Part shown: positions 18,688-31,120 of the stretch, piece after piece
Numbering within the stretch: position 1 is the first letter of the stretch
How the letters are laid out: each line of letters starts with the position of its first letter
Source of the DNA: Rhodoluna limnophila
GTDB taxonomy: Bacteria; Actinomycetota; Actinomycetes; Actinomycetales; Microbacteriaceae
Length of the DNA stretch: 64,000 nucleotides
NCBI GenBank assembly: GCA_945862155.1
Contig: CAMAXJ010000001.1
Span: forward strand, 5,845-69,844
Direction of reading: 5' to 3'
Position numbers and translations under genes: made by a program
Notes under the pieces: model-generated
Database searches by the model: none
The model's input: the letters and a program-made list of their open reading frames with translations, nothing else
What the model was told of the DNA's origin: nothing

Positions 18688-19824
18688 GTGAAATTTCAGG
18701 TCAATAAAGACGTTCTAAATGAAGCGGTCTCATTTGCTGTGAGATTACTACCCCAGAGAACCACGCTTCCCATCCTTAGTGGAATTTTGATCGAAGCAGA
18801 TGCCAACGCTCTCAGACTCTCAGTTTTTGACTATGACACCTCAGCCCAGGTTGAAATTGCAGCCAAAGTAGAAGAAGCCGGAAGAGTTCTAGTTTCAGGT
18901 CGTCTAATGGCTGAAATTGTCAGCAAACTTCCAAATGCAGCAGTCGATTTTTCGACAGACGGTTCAAAAGTTCAAGTCAATTGTGGATCGGCAAAATTTT
19001 CCCTGCTGACCATGCCAATCGATGAATATCCGTCGCTTCCCGAGATCCCAGCAACAACCGGCTCTGTCTCTGGGGAGGCCTTCTCCGCAGCCATCTCTCA
19101 AATTGCAGTTGCGGCATCGCGCGAGGACGTGACACCTGTCCTAACAACAGTTTTACTGGAAACAACAAAAGACAGTATTTCTCTTGTTGCCACCGACCGA
19201 TACCGCGTGGCGGTTCAAGACATCGCATGGAAGTCGAATGCGGGCGAAAAAAGCGCCCTTATCCCAGCCAAGACGCTTCAAGAAATTGCTAAGACGTTTG
19301 CCAACCAGGGGGAGATATCGATCTCAATCAACCCCTCCGACGAGAAAGATCTGATTGCGTTCAAGGCAAACAACCGCTCGGTTACCTCTCGCCTTATAAA
19401 AGGAAATTTCCCGGCAGTAAAAACGCTCTTTCCAGAAAAGATTGAAAACTTTGCAATTCTAAACACCCAAGACCTTTTGGATTCAACAAAACGAGTGTCC
19501 TTAGTTCTTGAGCGCGAAAGCCCAATCAAATTCACTTTTAGCTCCGCATCACTAAACCTGGAGGCAGCAGGCGGCGAAACCGCACAAGCATCTGAGTCAA
19601 TAGATGTGCAGCTAACGGGCGGGGAAGTGGTTGTCTCCCTAAAGCCACAGTTTCTAATCGACGGGCTTGCCGGAGTGAAAACTGAGTATGTGAAGATTGG
19701 CTTTACCAACAGCGAGAACCCAAATCGCCCATCACCGGTTTTGATAACAAACCATTCGACAAAAGAAAAAGAATCTAGCGATAGCTACATGTATCTTCTG
19801 CAGCCCAATCTTCTTGGTCGCTAA
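18688..19824 (+). CDS. dnaN: DNA polymerase III beta sliding clamp
   Basis: 378 aa with a GTG start. MKFQVNKDVLNEAVSFAVRLLPQRTTLPILSGILIEA is a typical DnaN N-terminus. Confidence 0.95.
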   Translation: MKFQVNKDVLNEAVSFAVRLLPQRTTLPILSGILIEADANALRLSVFDYDTSAQVEIAAKVEEAGRVLVSGRLMAEIVSKLPNAAVDFSTDGSKVQVNCGSAKFSLLTMPIDEYPSLPEIPATTGSVSGEAFSAAISQIAVAASREDVTPVLTTVLLETTKDSISLVATDRYRVAVQDIAWKSNAGEKSALIPAKTLQEIAKTFANQGEISISINPSDEKDLIAFKANNRSVTSRLIKGNFPAVKTLFPEKIENFAILNTQDLLDSTKRVSLVLERESPIKFTFSSASLNLEAAGGETAQASESIDVQLTGGEVVVSLKPQFLIDGLAGVKTEYVKIGFTNSENPNRPSPVLITNHSTKEKESSDSYMYLLQPNLLGR

Positions 19825-19871
19825 AGCCATTAAAGAAAAAACAGAATTTTCCGCGAGATAGCTACAGCGCT

Positions 19872-21035
19872 GTGTATGTGAAAAAGGTTCGCCTCACCAA
19901 CTTTAGAAACTACAAATGGACAGAACTAGAGCTCTTCCCCGGCGTCAACTTGCTCCATGGCCCTAACGGCCAAGGTAAGACCAATTTGGTCGAAGCAATC
20001 AACTTTTTTGGGAGCCTCAGCTCTCACCGGGTTGCAGGTCTTACCCCCCTAATCAAACAAGGCGAAGAAACCGCAATAATTTCGCTCGAACTAGCTCACG
20101 ATGAGCGCGAACTGCTGTTGGAATTTGAGCTCAATTCAGACTCAACTAACCGAGCCAGGTTAAACAAGTCACCGGTCGCCAAAACAAAGGATATTCTGGG
20201 GTATCTAAATTCCGTGATTTTCGCCCCCGAGGATCTAGATATCGTAAAGCGCGACCCAACAAACCGCCGGGCGTTTATCGATCAACTGATAGTTCAGTTC
20301 ACACCACGCATGCTCGGTGTTTATTCGGACTTCGATCGAGTGCTGAAACAGCGGAACACATTGCTGAAGTCCGCCAGGGCAACGGGAACAAAGGGCAACG
20401 CACTTTCAACCCTTTCAGCCTGGGATGAATCACTTATATCACTGGGATCAGAAATAATTGCGGCCCGTGTGAACATTGCCCAAAAGCTTGAGCCTGGGCT
20501 TATCGCTAACTACAAAGCAATAGCAAAAAGTAACAACGAGCCAAAAATGTTTATCAGATCCTCCATCAATGGCGCCAGCGTGAACGAGGGCGAAGAACCA
20601 GAGGGAAAGGGGTACTTGGAAACGACCGACCGCGAACAGATCGCCAGACTTTTTCGAGAGACCCTTGAGCGCACAAGGCCCAAAGAACTTGAACGAGGAA
20701 TAACACTCGTAGGACCCCACCGAGATGATTTGGTTCTAATTCTTGGCAGCTTGCCAGCAAAAGGCTACGCATCGCACGGTGAGAGCTGGTCTTACGCGCT
20801 AGCGCTGCGACTTGCATCGCTTGAGATTCTAAAAGCCGAATCAAGACTCGGCGATCCGATTTTGATCCTCGACGATGTCTTCGCCGAGCTTGATTCAGAC
20901 AGAAGAGCCAAGCTCGCCGAGCTTGTCCTGGGCAACGAACAGGTAATCATTACCGCCGCAGTAATTGAAGATGTGCCGGAGGCGCTGAGCGCGAAAAGGT
21001 TTAGTGTTGTGGCAGGTGAGATAACAAATGGCTGA
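19872..21035 (+). CDS. recF: DNA replication and repair protein RecF
   Basis: 387 aa with Walker A GPNGQGKTNLVEA, an SMC-like signature, and Walker B ILILDDVFAELD. Confidence 0.95.
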   Translation: MYVKKVRLTNFRNYKWTELELFPGVNLLHGPNGQGKTNLVEAINFFGSLSSHRVAGLTPLIKQGEETAIISLELAHDERELLLEFELNSDSTNRARLNKSPVAKTKDILGYLNSVIFAPEDLDIVKRDPTNRRAFIDQLIVQFTPRMLGVYSDFDRVLKQRNTLLKSARATGTKGNALSTLSAWDESLISLGSEIIAARVNIAQKLEPGLIANYKAIAKSNNEPKMFIRSSINGASVNEGEEPEGKGYLETTDREQIARLFRETLERTRPKELERGITLVGPHRDDLVLILGSLPAKGYASHGESWSYALALRLASLEILKAESRLGDPILILDDVFAELDSDRRAKLAELVLGNEQVIITAAVIEDVPEALSAKRFSVVAGEITNG

Positions 21036-21513
21036 TGACAAAAACTTTGCGGTTGACTTTTACTACGCCATGAAACAAGCGGTCACCGGACGCGTTTCTA
21101 AGGACCAGAAGCGAATCACCGAAAAGAAGAAAAATCGCTCAAAACCCTTTGACGCCGGGCGCGATCCGATTTCGGCATCAAATTCCATTGATTCTTTGAT
21201 GCAGGATTTTCGCTGGCAGTCGCAAATGGAAGAAGCTGAGCTTTTTGTTAGGTGGGCGCAAATCGTTGGCGATCTAAATGCTAAAAATACCCAGCCCGAA
21301 AATCTCGCAAATGGCAAACTTACGATTCGATGCAAATCAACCGCCTGGGCTACAGAATTGCGTTTAATGCAAACCCAGATTTTAGAGAAAATCGGCAGCT
21401 CTTTTCCGGAGCTTGAAATTAAGACCATTTCGTTTCTGGGACCCGACGCCCCGTCTTGGAAAAAAGGCCCTAGGTCTGTGCCGGGTCGAGGACCCAGAGA
21501 CACTTACGGGTAG
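21028..21513 (+). CDS. DUF721 / DciA-family protein (Rv0004-like)
   Basis: 161 aa. It occupies the conserved recF-gyrB position and has a TAWATELRLMQ core and the characteristic C-terminus GRGPRDTYG. Confidence 0.75.
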   Translation: MADDKNFAVDFYYAMKQAVTGRVSKDQKRITEKKKNRSKPFDAGRDPISASNSIDSLMQDFRWQSQMEEAELFVRWAQIVGDLNAKNTQPENLANGKLTIRCKSTAWATELRLMQTQILEKIGSSFPELEIKTISFLGPDAPSWKKGPRSVPGRGPRDTYG

Positions 21514-21641
21514 TAGCTCACAGCCTGAAACTTTAAGTGCTCGATGTGGGGTAAAATAGAACCAGTTAGCAAACCCCAATGTAAGTCGAGTAATCGCTGT
21601 TATGTGGAACTAACGAGGCGAATTACAAGGAGCACAAATAG

Positions 21642-23723
<2,082 letters not shown>

Positions 23724-23738
23724 AAGCGAAAAAAACTC

Positions 23739-26234
23739 ATGGTAGATAAGACACCGGCAACCGAGCCTCGGATGGACCACGTAGAGCAGGTCGACCTACA
23801 GGTCGAAATGCAGCGCAGCTATTTGGATTACGCAATGAGCGTTATCGTAGGCCGCGCACTTCCTGATGTTAGGGATGGACTAAAGCCAGTTCACCGCAGA
23901 GTTTTGTATGCGATGTACGACGGCGGCTACCGCCCAGACAAACAGTTCTCAAAGTGTTCGCGCGTAGTTGGCGATGTCATGGGTCAGTATCACCCGCACG
24001 GTGACACTGCAATCTATGACACTTTGGTAAGACTTGTTCAGTCTTGGAACCTTCGCTACCCGTTAGTGCTTGGTCAGGGAAACTTTGGTTCACCCGGAAA
24101 CGACCCAGCTGCTGCACCTAGATACACCGAATGCAAGATGGCACCACTTGCAATGGAAATGGTTCGAGACATCGACGAAGACACCGTTGATTTCCAAGAT
24201 AACTACGACGGCAGAACCCAAGAGCCGACAATTCTTCCATCAAGAATTCCAAATCTTCTAATCAACGGATCAATCGGTATCGCAGTTGGAATGGCAACAA
24301 ACATTCCACCGCACAACCTGCGTGAGGTTGCTGACGGCGCGATCTGGGCTCTGGAGAACCCAGAAGCCACCCAAGAAGAATTACTTGCCGCATTGATGCA
24401 GCGCATCAAGGGACCGGATTTTCCAACTGGAGCAGAAATTATTGGAAAGCGCGGCATCGAAGACGCTTACCGAACCGGTCGTGGTTCAATCACGATGCGA
24501 GCAATCGTAAGTGTTGAAGAATTACAAAACAGAACTTGTCTTGTTGTCACCCAGCTTCCTTACCAGGTAAACCCTGACAATTTGGCTCAGAAAATTGCCG
24601 AGCTTGTCAAAGAAGGCAAGCTAACTGGCATTGCTGACATCAGAGATGAAACTTCTGGTCGCACCGGTCAAAGACTTGTCGTTGTTCTAAAAAAAGACGC
24701 GGTTGCGAGAGTCGTGCTAAACAATTTGTATAAGTACACCCAACTTCGCGAGAACTTCAGCGCCAACATGCTGGCACTCGTAGATGGTGTTCCAAGAACC
24801 CTTTCTCTGGATGGCTTTATTTCCAACTGGGTTGAGCACCAGGTAAACGTCATAGTTCGCAGAACAAACTTCAGACTCAAAAAAGCCGAAGAGCGCGCCC
24901 ACATCCTTCGCGGCTACCTAAAAGCCCTCGATGCACTAGATAAGGTCATTGCCCTTATCCGCAAGAGCGCAACAGCGGATGATGCCAAAGATGGTCTGAT
25001 GACAATGCTCAAGATTGACGAGCTGCAGGCTCGCGCAATCTTGAACATGCAACTAAGACAGCTTGCCGCACTTGAGCGCCAGAAGATCATCGATGAGGCT
25101 GCAGCGCTTGAGCTTGAGATCAAGGAATACAAGTCGATCATTGCCTCCCCAAAAAAGCAGCGCGAGATCATCAAGTCGGAACTAGAAGAAGTTGTTTCTC
25201 GCCACGGCGACGAGCGCAGAACAGCTCTTCAGGTCGGCGGCGATGACGATGTTTCAACAGAGGATCTAATCCCTGAAGAAGAGATGGTTATTACCGTCAC
25301 CCGCGGCGGATACATCAAGCGAACCAAGAGCACTAACTACCGCAGCCAACACCGCGGTGGTAAGGGTGTTAAGGGAGCCTCGCTTCGAGCAGACGATGTT
25401 GTTTCACACTTCTTTGTGACAACAACTCACCACTGGCTGTTGTTCTTCACCAACAAGGGTCGCGTCTATCGCGCGAAGGCTTACGAGGTTCAAGAAGCAG
25501 GAAGAGATGCCAAGGGTCAGCACGTGGCCAACCTGCTTTCGATGCAACCGGACGAGATGATCGCATCGGTGTTGGACATCAAGGATTACAGCAAGGCGCC
25601 ATACTTGGTGCTTGCAACCAAGAGCGGTTTGGTTAAGAAAACCGCTCTCGAGGCCTATGACACCCCACGCTCTGGTGGAATCATCGCCATCAAGCTAAAA
25701 GGCGAAGATGAAGTGGTAGCTGCAATGTTGGTTTCTAATTCTGATGATCTACTACTTGTCTCGCGCAAGGGAATGTCAATTAGGTTCTCGGCTTCCGAGA
25801 AATCACTTCGCGCCATGGGTCGTGACACATCCGGAAACATCGGTATGAATTTCCGCAAGGGAGACTTCCTTCTTTCTGCAACGGTTGTCAACGACATCGC
25901 TGATTCATACGTCTTTATTGCCACCGAAGGTGGATACGCCAAGAGAACGGCTGTGGATCAGTACCGACCTCAAAATAGGGGTGGTTTGGGCATAAAGGTG
26001 GCCAAACTCGAAGAAAAACGCGGTGATTTAGTGGGAGCTATTATCTGCAGCGAATCTGACGAGGTGCTAGTTGTCCTTGCTAGCGGTAAAGTTGTCAGGT
26101 CAGCCGTCAGTGAGGTTCCAGCCAAGGGCCGGGACACCATGGGTGTGGTTTTTGCCAGATTCGATGAAGCTGACTCAGTTATTGGACTAGCAAAGAACTC
26201 AGAGCGCAACTTAGAGGGAGCAGTAGAAGAATGA
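23739..26234 (+). CDS. gyrA: DNA gyrase subunit A
   Basis: 831 aa with [23 protein letters not shown], the [15 protein letters not shown], and C-terminal beta-pinwheel repeats. Confidence 0.95.
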   Translation: MVDKTPATEPRMDHVEQVDLQVEMQRSYLDYAMSVIVGRALPDVRDGLKPVHRRVLYAMYDGGYRPDKQFSKCSRVVGDVMGQYHPHGDTAIYDTLVRLVQSWNLRYPLVLGQGNFGSPGNDPAAAPRYTECKMAPLAMEMVRDIDEDTVDFQDNYDGRTQEPTILPSRIPNLLINGSIGIAVGMATNIPPHNLREVADGAIWALENPEATQEELLAALMQRIKGPDFPTGAEIIGKRGIEDAYRTGRGSITMRAIVSVEELQNRTCLVVTQLPYQVNPDNLAQKIAELVKEGKLTGIADIRDETSGRTGQRLVVVLKKDAVARVVLNNLYKYTQLRENFSANMLALVDGVPRTLSLDGFISNWVEHQVNVIVRRTNFRLKKAEERAHILRGYLKALDALDKVIALIRKSATADDAKDGLMTMLKIDELQARAILNMQLRQLAALERQKIIDEAAALELEIKEYKSIIASPKKQREIIKSELEEVVSRHGDERRTALQVGGDDDVSTEDLIPEEEMVITVTRGGYIKRTKSTNYRSQHRGGKGVKGASLRADDVVSHFFVTTTHHWLLFFTNKGRVYRAKAYEVQEAGRDAKGQHVANLLSMQPDEMIASVLDIKDYSKAPYLVLATKSGLVKKTALEAYDTPRSGGIIAIKLKGEDEVVAAMLVSNSDDLLLVSRKGMSIRFSASEKSLRAMGRDTSGNIGMNFRKGDFLLSATVVNDIADSYVFIATEGGYAKRTAVDQYRPQNRGGLGIKVAKLEEKRGDLVGAIICSESDEVLVVLASGKVVRSAVSEVPAKGRDTMGVVFARFDEADSVIGLAKNSERNLEGAVEE

Positions 26235-26641
26235 GTGATGCTCCGGCAAGAAAACCTAGATTTGGATACCGTCCGGCTCCTGCGCAAAAACAAGTTGCCC
26301 TAAAGCTAGTCAAAATCGAAGTTTGGTCCGCCATTAAGGCAGGTTTCTTCGTGACCGTAGCAGCTGGAATTGCAACCGTTGTTGGCTTTTTTGCTCTCTG
26401 GTTTGTAGTTGGTCAAATTGGTCTTTTCGCTTCTTTGAACTCTCTGCTTTCTGGAGTGTTTGGAGATGGCGGAGTTGATATCGAGCAAGAGCTATCTCTG
26501 CCTCGAGTTATGTCTTTCGCCACAACACTGGCGATTGTGAATGTGATTCTCGGAACGGCTTTGACAGGACTTTACGCGATGATCTTCAACGTGATCGGCA
26601 AGATCACCGGCGGTATCGCAATACGTTTCACAAACAACTAA
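26231..26641 (+). CDS. DUF3566-type membrane protein (Rv0007-like)
   Basis: 136 aa with a basic N-terminus and two TM segments. Its start overlaps the gyrA stop (ATGA), and its position after gyrA is conserved. Confidence 0.75.
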   Translation: MSDAPARKPRFGYRPAPAQKQVALKLVKIEVWSAIKAGFFVTVAAGIATVVGFFALWFVVGQIGLFASLNSLLSGVFGDGGVDIEQELSLPRVMSFATTLAIVNVILGTALTGLYAMIFNVIGKITGGIAIRFTNN

Positions 26642-26716
26642 ATAGTCAAGATTCACCTGGGCCCAAGCGGGGTTTGAGCATCCAATTCGGATGCATTAGA
26701 CTCAATGAAGCTCTAG

Positions 26717-26793
26717 GGGCCTATAGCTCAGGTGGTTAGAGCGCTTCACTGATAATGAAGAGGTCGGAGGTTCAAGTCCTCCTAGGCCCACCA
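26717..26793 (+). tRNA. tRNA-Ile (anticodon GAT), CCA encoded
   Basis: Hand-folded cloverleaf: acceptor GGGCCTA/TAGGCCC, D arm GCTC..GAGC, anticodon arm CTTCA-CTGATAA-TGAAG, T arm GGAGG-TTCAAGT-CCTCC. Confidence 0.95.
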
Positions 26794-26825
26794 GGAAGCC
26801 TCGAAACATCTGAGGATTCCTAAAC

Positions 26826-26898
26826 GGGGACTTAGCTCAGTTGGTAGAGCACCTGCTTTGCAAGCAGGGGGTCAGGGGTTCGACCCCCCTAGTCTCCA
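26826..26898 (+). tRNA. tRNA-Ala (anticodon TGC), CCA not encoded
   Basis: Acceptor GGGGACT/AGTCTCC with the G3:U70 alanine identity pair, anticodon arm CCTGC-TTTGCAA-GCAGG, T arm AGGGG-TTCGACC-CCCCT. Confidence 0.95.
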
Positions 26899-26899
26899 C
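26888..26899 (+). repeat. direct repeat copy 1 (tRNA-Ala 3' end), CCTAGTCTCCAC
   Basis: Exact 12-mer shared with 30316-30327. Confidence 0.6.
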
Positions 26900-26907
26900 C
26901 CGCAAAG

Positions 26908-26940
26908 AAAAGACCCGCGAGAAATCGCGGGTCTTTTCTA
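26908..26940 (+). terminator. intrinsic terminator after tRNA-Ala
   Basis: AGACCCGCGA-GAAA-TCGCGGGTCT stem-loop followed by TTTTCTATTT. Confidence 0.75.
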
Positions 26941-27098
26941 TTTAGTTTGTATAACTTAATGCCATAAACCTAATCGGATCCCCCAAGATAAGAGATAAAA
27001 CCCCGGTTGGTTTAATGTTGAATTTGACTCTTAGTTAATCGGATGCGAATCGATTCTTTCCCAAATCAAAATCGACTCTAGGCGTGTACATAATTCGG

Positions 27099-27929
27099 TC
27101 ACTTCGCGGCTCGTTGTGAATTTGATTTGGCCCCATGCCTCTTTCCAAGGCCAGTGAACATGGTGTCGTGTAAAACTAGAATGTGTGATTGGCACTCTCT
27201 GATTGCCACGGGGGTATCACCTGAGATGATGGCATCAAGAATTCTTTGGTGTTCCAAGTTCGACTCCTGGAGGTACTCAATCGGATACGGGACGAAGTAT
27301 TGATAAAGTTGTCGCAAAATTTCGGAATGGGCGTCCCTCGCCCACCCCATCCCACTCGCTTCAACCAGACCAAGGTGAAAAAGCGCATCGGCTCGGTGAT
27401 AGGCGGCCCAGTCTGTTGCTGAGGATGCCGTGTCTATGTGTTGCTGTAGGACATCGATATGCTGTTTTTTGGGATTACTGGATGCGGCACTGACAAGGGC
27501 GGTTTCCACCAGAGCGCGTTCATCAATGAGCCGATTGATGGTTTTTGAGTCGGCGTTATAAGAACTCACGGCTGAAACAACATGTCCAAGGGGATCGTCT
27601 GAAACAAAACTGCCACCAGTTTTACCCCGCCGCCGGACCACCAAGCCCTCTTTGGCCAGTTTTTCCAAGGCCCTTCTGGCAGTTATTACGCTGACGTCTA
27701 GGGCTTCGGCGATGTCTTGATCGTGCGGTAGTCTTTCGGCTGGCCGGAGAAGACCGTGCTCGATAGCAAGAGCAATTCGGGCACAGACAGTGTCAACAGC
27801 GCTCAATCGGGTGATGTGAGCCACTGAATCGATCAGCAGCTTGTTCTTGGGATCCGCCATTACTCGACTTTCAGGGCTATTTGCGAGGACCTTCAGGATA
27901 ACTTGCTTAATTCGTTCATTCTGATACAT
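27099..27929 (-). CDS. GntR-family transcriptional regulator (FadR/FCD subfamily)
   Basis: 276 aa with a winged HTH (LPHDQDIAEALDVSVITARRALEKLAKEGLVVRRRGKTGGSFV) and a helical FCD-like C-terminal domain. An alternative start lies at 27860. Confidence 0.8.
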   Translation of the reverse strand: MYQNERIKQVILKVLANSPESRVMADPKNKLLIDSVAHITRLSAVDTVCARIALAIEHGLLRPAERLPHDQDIAEALDVSVITARRALEKLAKEGLVVRRRGKTGGSFVSDDPLGHVVSAVSSYNADSKTINRLIDERALVETALVSAASSNPKKQHIDVLQQHIDTASSATDWAAYHRADALFHLGLVEASGMGWARDAHSEILRQLYQYFVPYPIEYLQESNLEHQRILDAIISGDTPVAIRECQSHILVLHDTMFTGLGKRHGAKSNSQRAAK

Positions 27930-27952
27930 TTAGTCCAATCTCAATAGCAAAG

Positions 27953-28855
27953 GTGCTCGTGGACGGCAAACTCTCGATTATCGCGGTGCAGGCTTCGCCG
28001 CAGAATTTCTCTGGATCCCTTGATCGGTTCGCAGAAGATCTTGCAAACGTCGTTGCCCGCCACCCCGAAGCCGAAATGGTCATCTACCCAGAGCTGCACC
28101 TTTTTCATCCACTGGCCAACGAGTCAGGGGAGCAACACTCGGTCGTAAGTCTTGACGCGGTGGATATCGACGGTGATTTTGTCCGGGGCTTGGGGGACAT
28201 TGCCCGACTCCACAAGATTTGGCTTATCCCCGGATCCATAAACGAAAAAGGTTCTGCCGAAAATTTCTACAACACGGCGCTTGTCTTTAATCCAGAGGGA
28301 CAAATTGTTGCGCGATACCGAAAGATTTTCCCCTGGAGACCGTTCGAGCCGCACACCCCGGGGTCGTCTTTCGTGGTCTTCGATATTCCAACCGTGGGGA
28401 AAATTGGGCTCAACACCTGTTACGACATCTGGTTCCCAGAAACCTGTCGTCATCTGGCGTGGATGGGCGCTGAACTAATTATCAACCTGGTCAAGACCAG
28501 TACTTCAGATCGCGCTCAGGAAATTATTCTCACCAGAGCCAACGCTATCTTCAATCAGGTAGCGCTATTGAGTGTGAACAGTGCTGGACCCGAGGGTGTC
28601 GGCTGTTCACTCGTTGTGGGCCCGGAGGGCGAAGTCATCACAGATGCTATGCATACCAATCGAGCAGAGCTGGAGTACACCTTTGATTCAGGAAGCGTCG
28701 AGCGCGTTCGAAAGAACGGAACGGCCGGAACCAACAAAATGTGGGAACAGTTTCGCTCAGGTGACCACCCAATTCCGTTACCTCTTTACAACGGATCAAT
28801 AGACCCATCTCGGTGGACGCCGTCCACCGACCTCCCCCCAATTAAGGAGAAATAA
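27953..28855 (+). CDS. carbon-nitrogen hydrolase (nitrilase superfamily amidase)
   Basis: 300 aa. Glu-Lys-Cys triad contexts YPELHLF, RYRKIFPW and LNTCYDIWFPE. GTG start. Confidence 0.85.
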   Translation: MLVDGKLSIIAVQASPQNFSGSLDRFAEDLANVVARHPEAEMVIYPELHLFHPLANESGEQHSVVSLDAVDIDGDFVRGLGDIARLHKIWLIPGSINEKGSAENFYNTALVFNPEGQIVARYRKIFPWRPFEPHTPGSSFVVFDIPTVGKIGLNTCYDIWFPETCRHLAWMGAELIINLVKTSTSDRAQEIILTRANAIFNQVALLSVNSAGPEGVGCSLVVGPEGEVITDAMHTNRAELEYTFDSGSVERVRKNGTAGTNKMWEQFRSGDHPIPLPLYNGSIDPSRWTPSTDLPPIKEK

Positions 28856-30189
28856 TGGCAACACCGACAACGCTCAAACGAGTCCTGGGGCTACGGTCTC
28901 TGGTGTTCTTTGGACTCGCCTATATGACACCAATGATTGTTCTGGGTATCTTCGGCATCGTGGCTGAGGTTACTGAAGGCGCCAGCGCATCGGCCTATGC
29001 AGTTGCACTTGTGGCCATGATATTCACCGCAGCCAGCTACGGTCGACTTTCGGCGGCATTTCCGGTTTCAGGCTCTGCCTACACCTATGTTCGAAAAACG
29101 ATTGATTCGCGGGCCGGCTTCGCAGTCGGTTGGGCAATCCTCCTGGACTACCTTTTCCTCCCAATGGTCATTTGGCTCATCGGCGCCGCATACATGCAAG
29201 CACAGTTCCCGGACGTGCCTGTATTCGTTTGGCTCCTAGCCTTCATATCAATCACAACAATTCTCAACGTCATCGGCTTGAAAGTCGCGGACCGCGCCAA
29301 CATGTTGTTGATGGCCTTCCAGGCGCTTGTCCTAATCCTGTTTGTAGGATTTTCCGTTGCGTTCGTCCTCGGTGGCGGCGGAACAGGAAGCCTGCTTGAT
29401 GCCGGACCATTTCTTGGAGACAACGGATCTATCACCGCAATAACCGCAGGAGCGGCAATTGCTGCTTACTCTTTCCTCGGATTCGATGCAATTACAACAT
29501 TCACCGAAGAGACGATTGAACCAAAGAAGACTGTCCCTCGGGCAATTCTTTTGGTAGCAATTATCGGAGGAGTAATCTTCATTGTTGTTTCGTACACCAC
29601 TCAACTGGTTTACCCAGGTGGCACTTTTGAAGATGTAGGGTCAGCGGCCCTTTTGATTGCTGGTCAAATTGGTGGAGCTGCGTTCAGCGCCATATTCCTG
29701 GCCGGCTTGATCATCGCTCAGTTCACTTCGGGACTAGCAGCACAGGCGTCAGCCTCCCGCTTGCTCTTTGCAATGGGACGAGATGGCGTGTTGCCTAAAA
29801 AGGCATTCGGGGCCATCACGACTCGCTTCAAGACACCAGTATTCAACCTGGTTGCTATTGGTGGAGTCGGTCTTATAGCGCTGTTCCTCGACATCACTAC
29901 CTCCACATCGTTTATTCTGTTTGGCGCGTTCCTCGCCTTCGTGATGGTAAACATCGCGGTCATCGCCCACTTTGTCCGCGAGAGGAAATCAGGAAGAAAC
30001 CTAAATGCAGTGACTCATGTCGTGTTCCCATTACTAGGAGCTATTGTTTGTGCGTACTTGCTTCTTCAGTTAGACGCGACGGCAATCACGTTGGGGCTTT
30101 CGTGGCTTGGCATCGGGCTAGTCGTCCTGATGATTGTCACTAAGTTCTTTCGGGTCGCTCCACCGGAAGTGGCCGCGAAGGGGGATTAG
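28855..30189 (+). CDS. APC-superfamily amino acid/amine permease
   Basis: 444 aa with about 12 TM segments. The ATG overlaps the hydrolase TAA (ATAATG), indicating translational coupling. Confidence 0.85.
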   Translation: MATPTTLKRVLGLRSLVFFGLAYMTPMIVLGIFGIVAEVTEGASASAYAVALVAMIFTAASYGRLSAAFPVSGSAYTYVRKTIDSRAGFAVGWAILLDYLFLPMVIWLIGAAYMQAQFPDVPVFVWLLAFISITTILNVIGLKVADRANMLLMAFQALVLILFVGFSVAFVLGGGGTGSLLDAGPFLGDNGSITAITAGAAIAAYSFLGFDAITTFTEETIEPKKTVPRAILLVAIIGGVIFIVVSYTTQLVYPGGTFEDVGSAALLIAGQIGGAAFSAIFLAGLIIAQFTSGLAAQASASRLLFAMGRDGVLPKKAFGAITTRFKTPVFNLVAIGGVGLIALFLDITTSTSFILFGAFLAFVMVNIAVIAHFVRERKSGRNLNAVTHVVFPLLGAIVCAYLLLQLDATAITLGLSWLGIGLVVLMIVTKFFRVAPPEVAAKGD

Positions 30190-30315
30190 CCCCGTCATAG
30201 CCTTCGGTGGTGCTGGGGTGCTATTTCCCTGGCATCACCGAAAGGGGCGAGTTTCCAAGTGAGAGGGAAGGCTGCACATTCGACATCGCGCTGAGGCGGC
30301 GCCCAGATTTAGCGG

Positions 30316-30327
30316 CCTAGTCTCCAC
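30316..30327 (+). repeat. direct repeat copy 2, CCTAGTCTCCAC
   Basis: Exact copy of the tRNA-Ala 3' terminal 12-mer. It is followed by an A-rich run and a terminator, as at the tRNA. Confidence 0.6.
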
Positions 30328-30331
30328 ATAG

Positions 30332-30370
30332 AAAATCTCCCTCCATCAAATGGAGGGAGATTTTCTTTTT
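30332..30370 (+). terminator. intrinsic terminator
   Basis: 14-bp stem AAAATCTCCCTCCA / TGGAGGGAGATTTT with loop TCAAA, followed by CTTTTT. Confidence 0.75.
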
Positions 30371-30392
30371 CTCAAAGCCTTAGATTAGAAAC

Positions 30393-31097
30393 ATGTGCGG
30401 CCGCTTTGCGATGGAAGAAATGCTCAACGACATGGTCGCGGAGTTTGGTCTAAAAGGTCTTCCAAATAGAGAACTGCCTATGGATTGGAACATCAAGCCC
30501 ACACAGGATATTTACGTCATCAAGAACGAAACCCTAGAGATTTCATCTTGGGGACTAATTGCTCCGTGGAGCAAGAACGCCACCGAAGCCCTAAGAAGCC
30601 AGTCGGCTGCAATAAATGCCCGGTCAGAAACGGTACATGAAAAGCCGACTTTCAAAAACGCATTTCGCCGGTCAAGGTGTTTAATTCCAGCAAGTGGATA
30701 CTACGAGTGGGCGACAGAGCTTGGTAAATACAAACCAAGACAGCCTGTATACATCTCTCGAACTGACGAGAAGATTCTGGTATTTGCTGCAATCCAAGAT
30801 CAATGGGTAGCACCGGATGAAGAAGTAAAAAGCAGCGTTGCAATCATCACCAGAGATGCCGTAGGCGAATTAGCTACCGTACACAGCCGCATGCCAATGT
30901 TTTTGCCCCGTGACCGCTGGGAAGCATGGATGGATCCGGCTTTGCAGGATGTGAATAAAGTGCGCTCGCTGTTTGATAACTTCCAGCCTGATGCCCACCT
31001 AAGGTTTTGGACAGTATCAGATTTAGTCAACTCGATCAAAAACAGTGGCCGGGAATTAATTGAACCCGTCGATTTAATGCCTGAGACGTTGTTTTAG
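30393..31097 (+). CDS. SOS response-associated peptidase (SRAP/YedK/HMCES family, abasic-site DNA-protein crosslink)
   Basis: 234 aa with the invariant N-terminal MCGRF (catalytic Cys2) and a PASGYYEW motif. Confidence 0.85.
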   Translation: MCGRFAMEEMLNDMVAEFGLKGLPNRELPMDWNIKPTQDIYVIKNETLEISSWGLIAPWSKNATEALRSQSAAINARSETVHEKPTFKNAFRRSRCLIPASGYYEWATELGKYKPRQPVYISRTDEKILVFAAIQDQWVAPDEEVKSSVAIITRDAVGELATVHSRMPMFLPRDRWEAWMDPALQDVNKVRSLFDNFQPDAHLRFWTVSDLVNSIKNSGRELIEPVDLMPETLF

Positions 31098-31120
31098 TTC
31101 CAAGCCATTAGCATTTCAAC

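Noticed and set aside
26717-26898. The tRNA-Ile/tRNA-Ala pair as a sign of an rRNA operon spacer.
   Set aside because: No 16S or 23S sequence flanks them. A stand-alone ileT-alaT after gyrA is the normal actinobacterial arrangement.
26971-27044. TAATCGGAT repeated twice (26971-26979, 27036-27044) in the AT-rich spacer after tRNA-Ala, considered as a regulator operator.
   Set aside because: It lies at the 3' ends of both flanking genes, so it cannot act as a promoter-proximal operator, and a 9-mer pair in AT-rich DNA is weak evidence. It is mentioned only as context for the islet finding.
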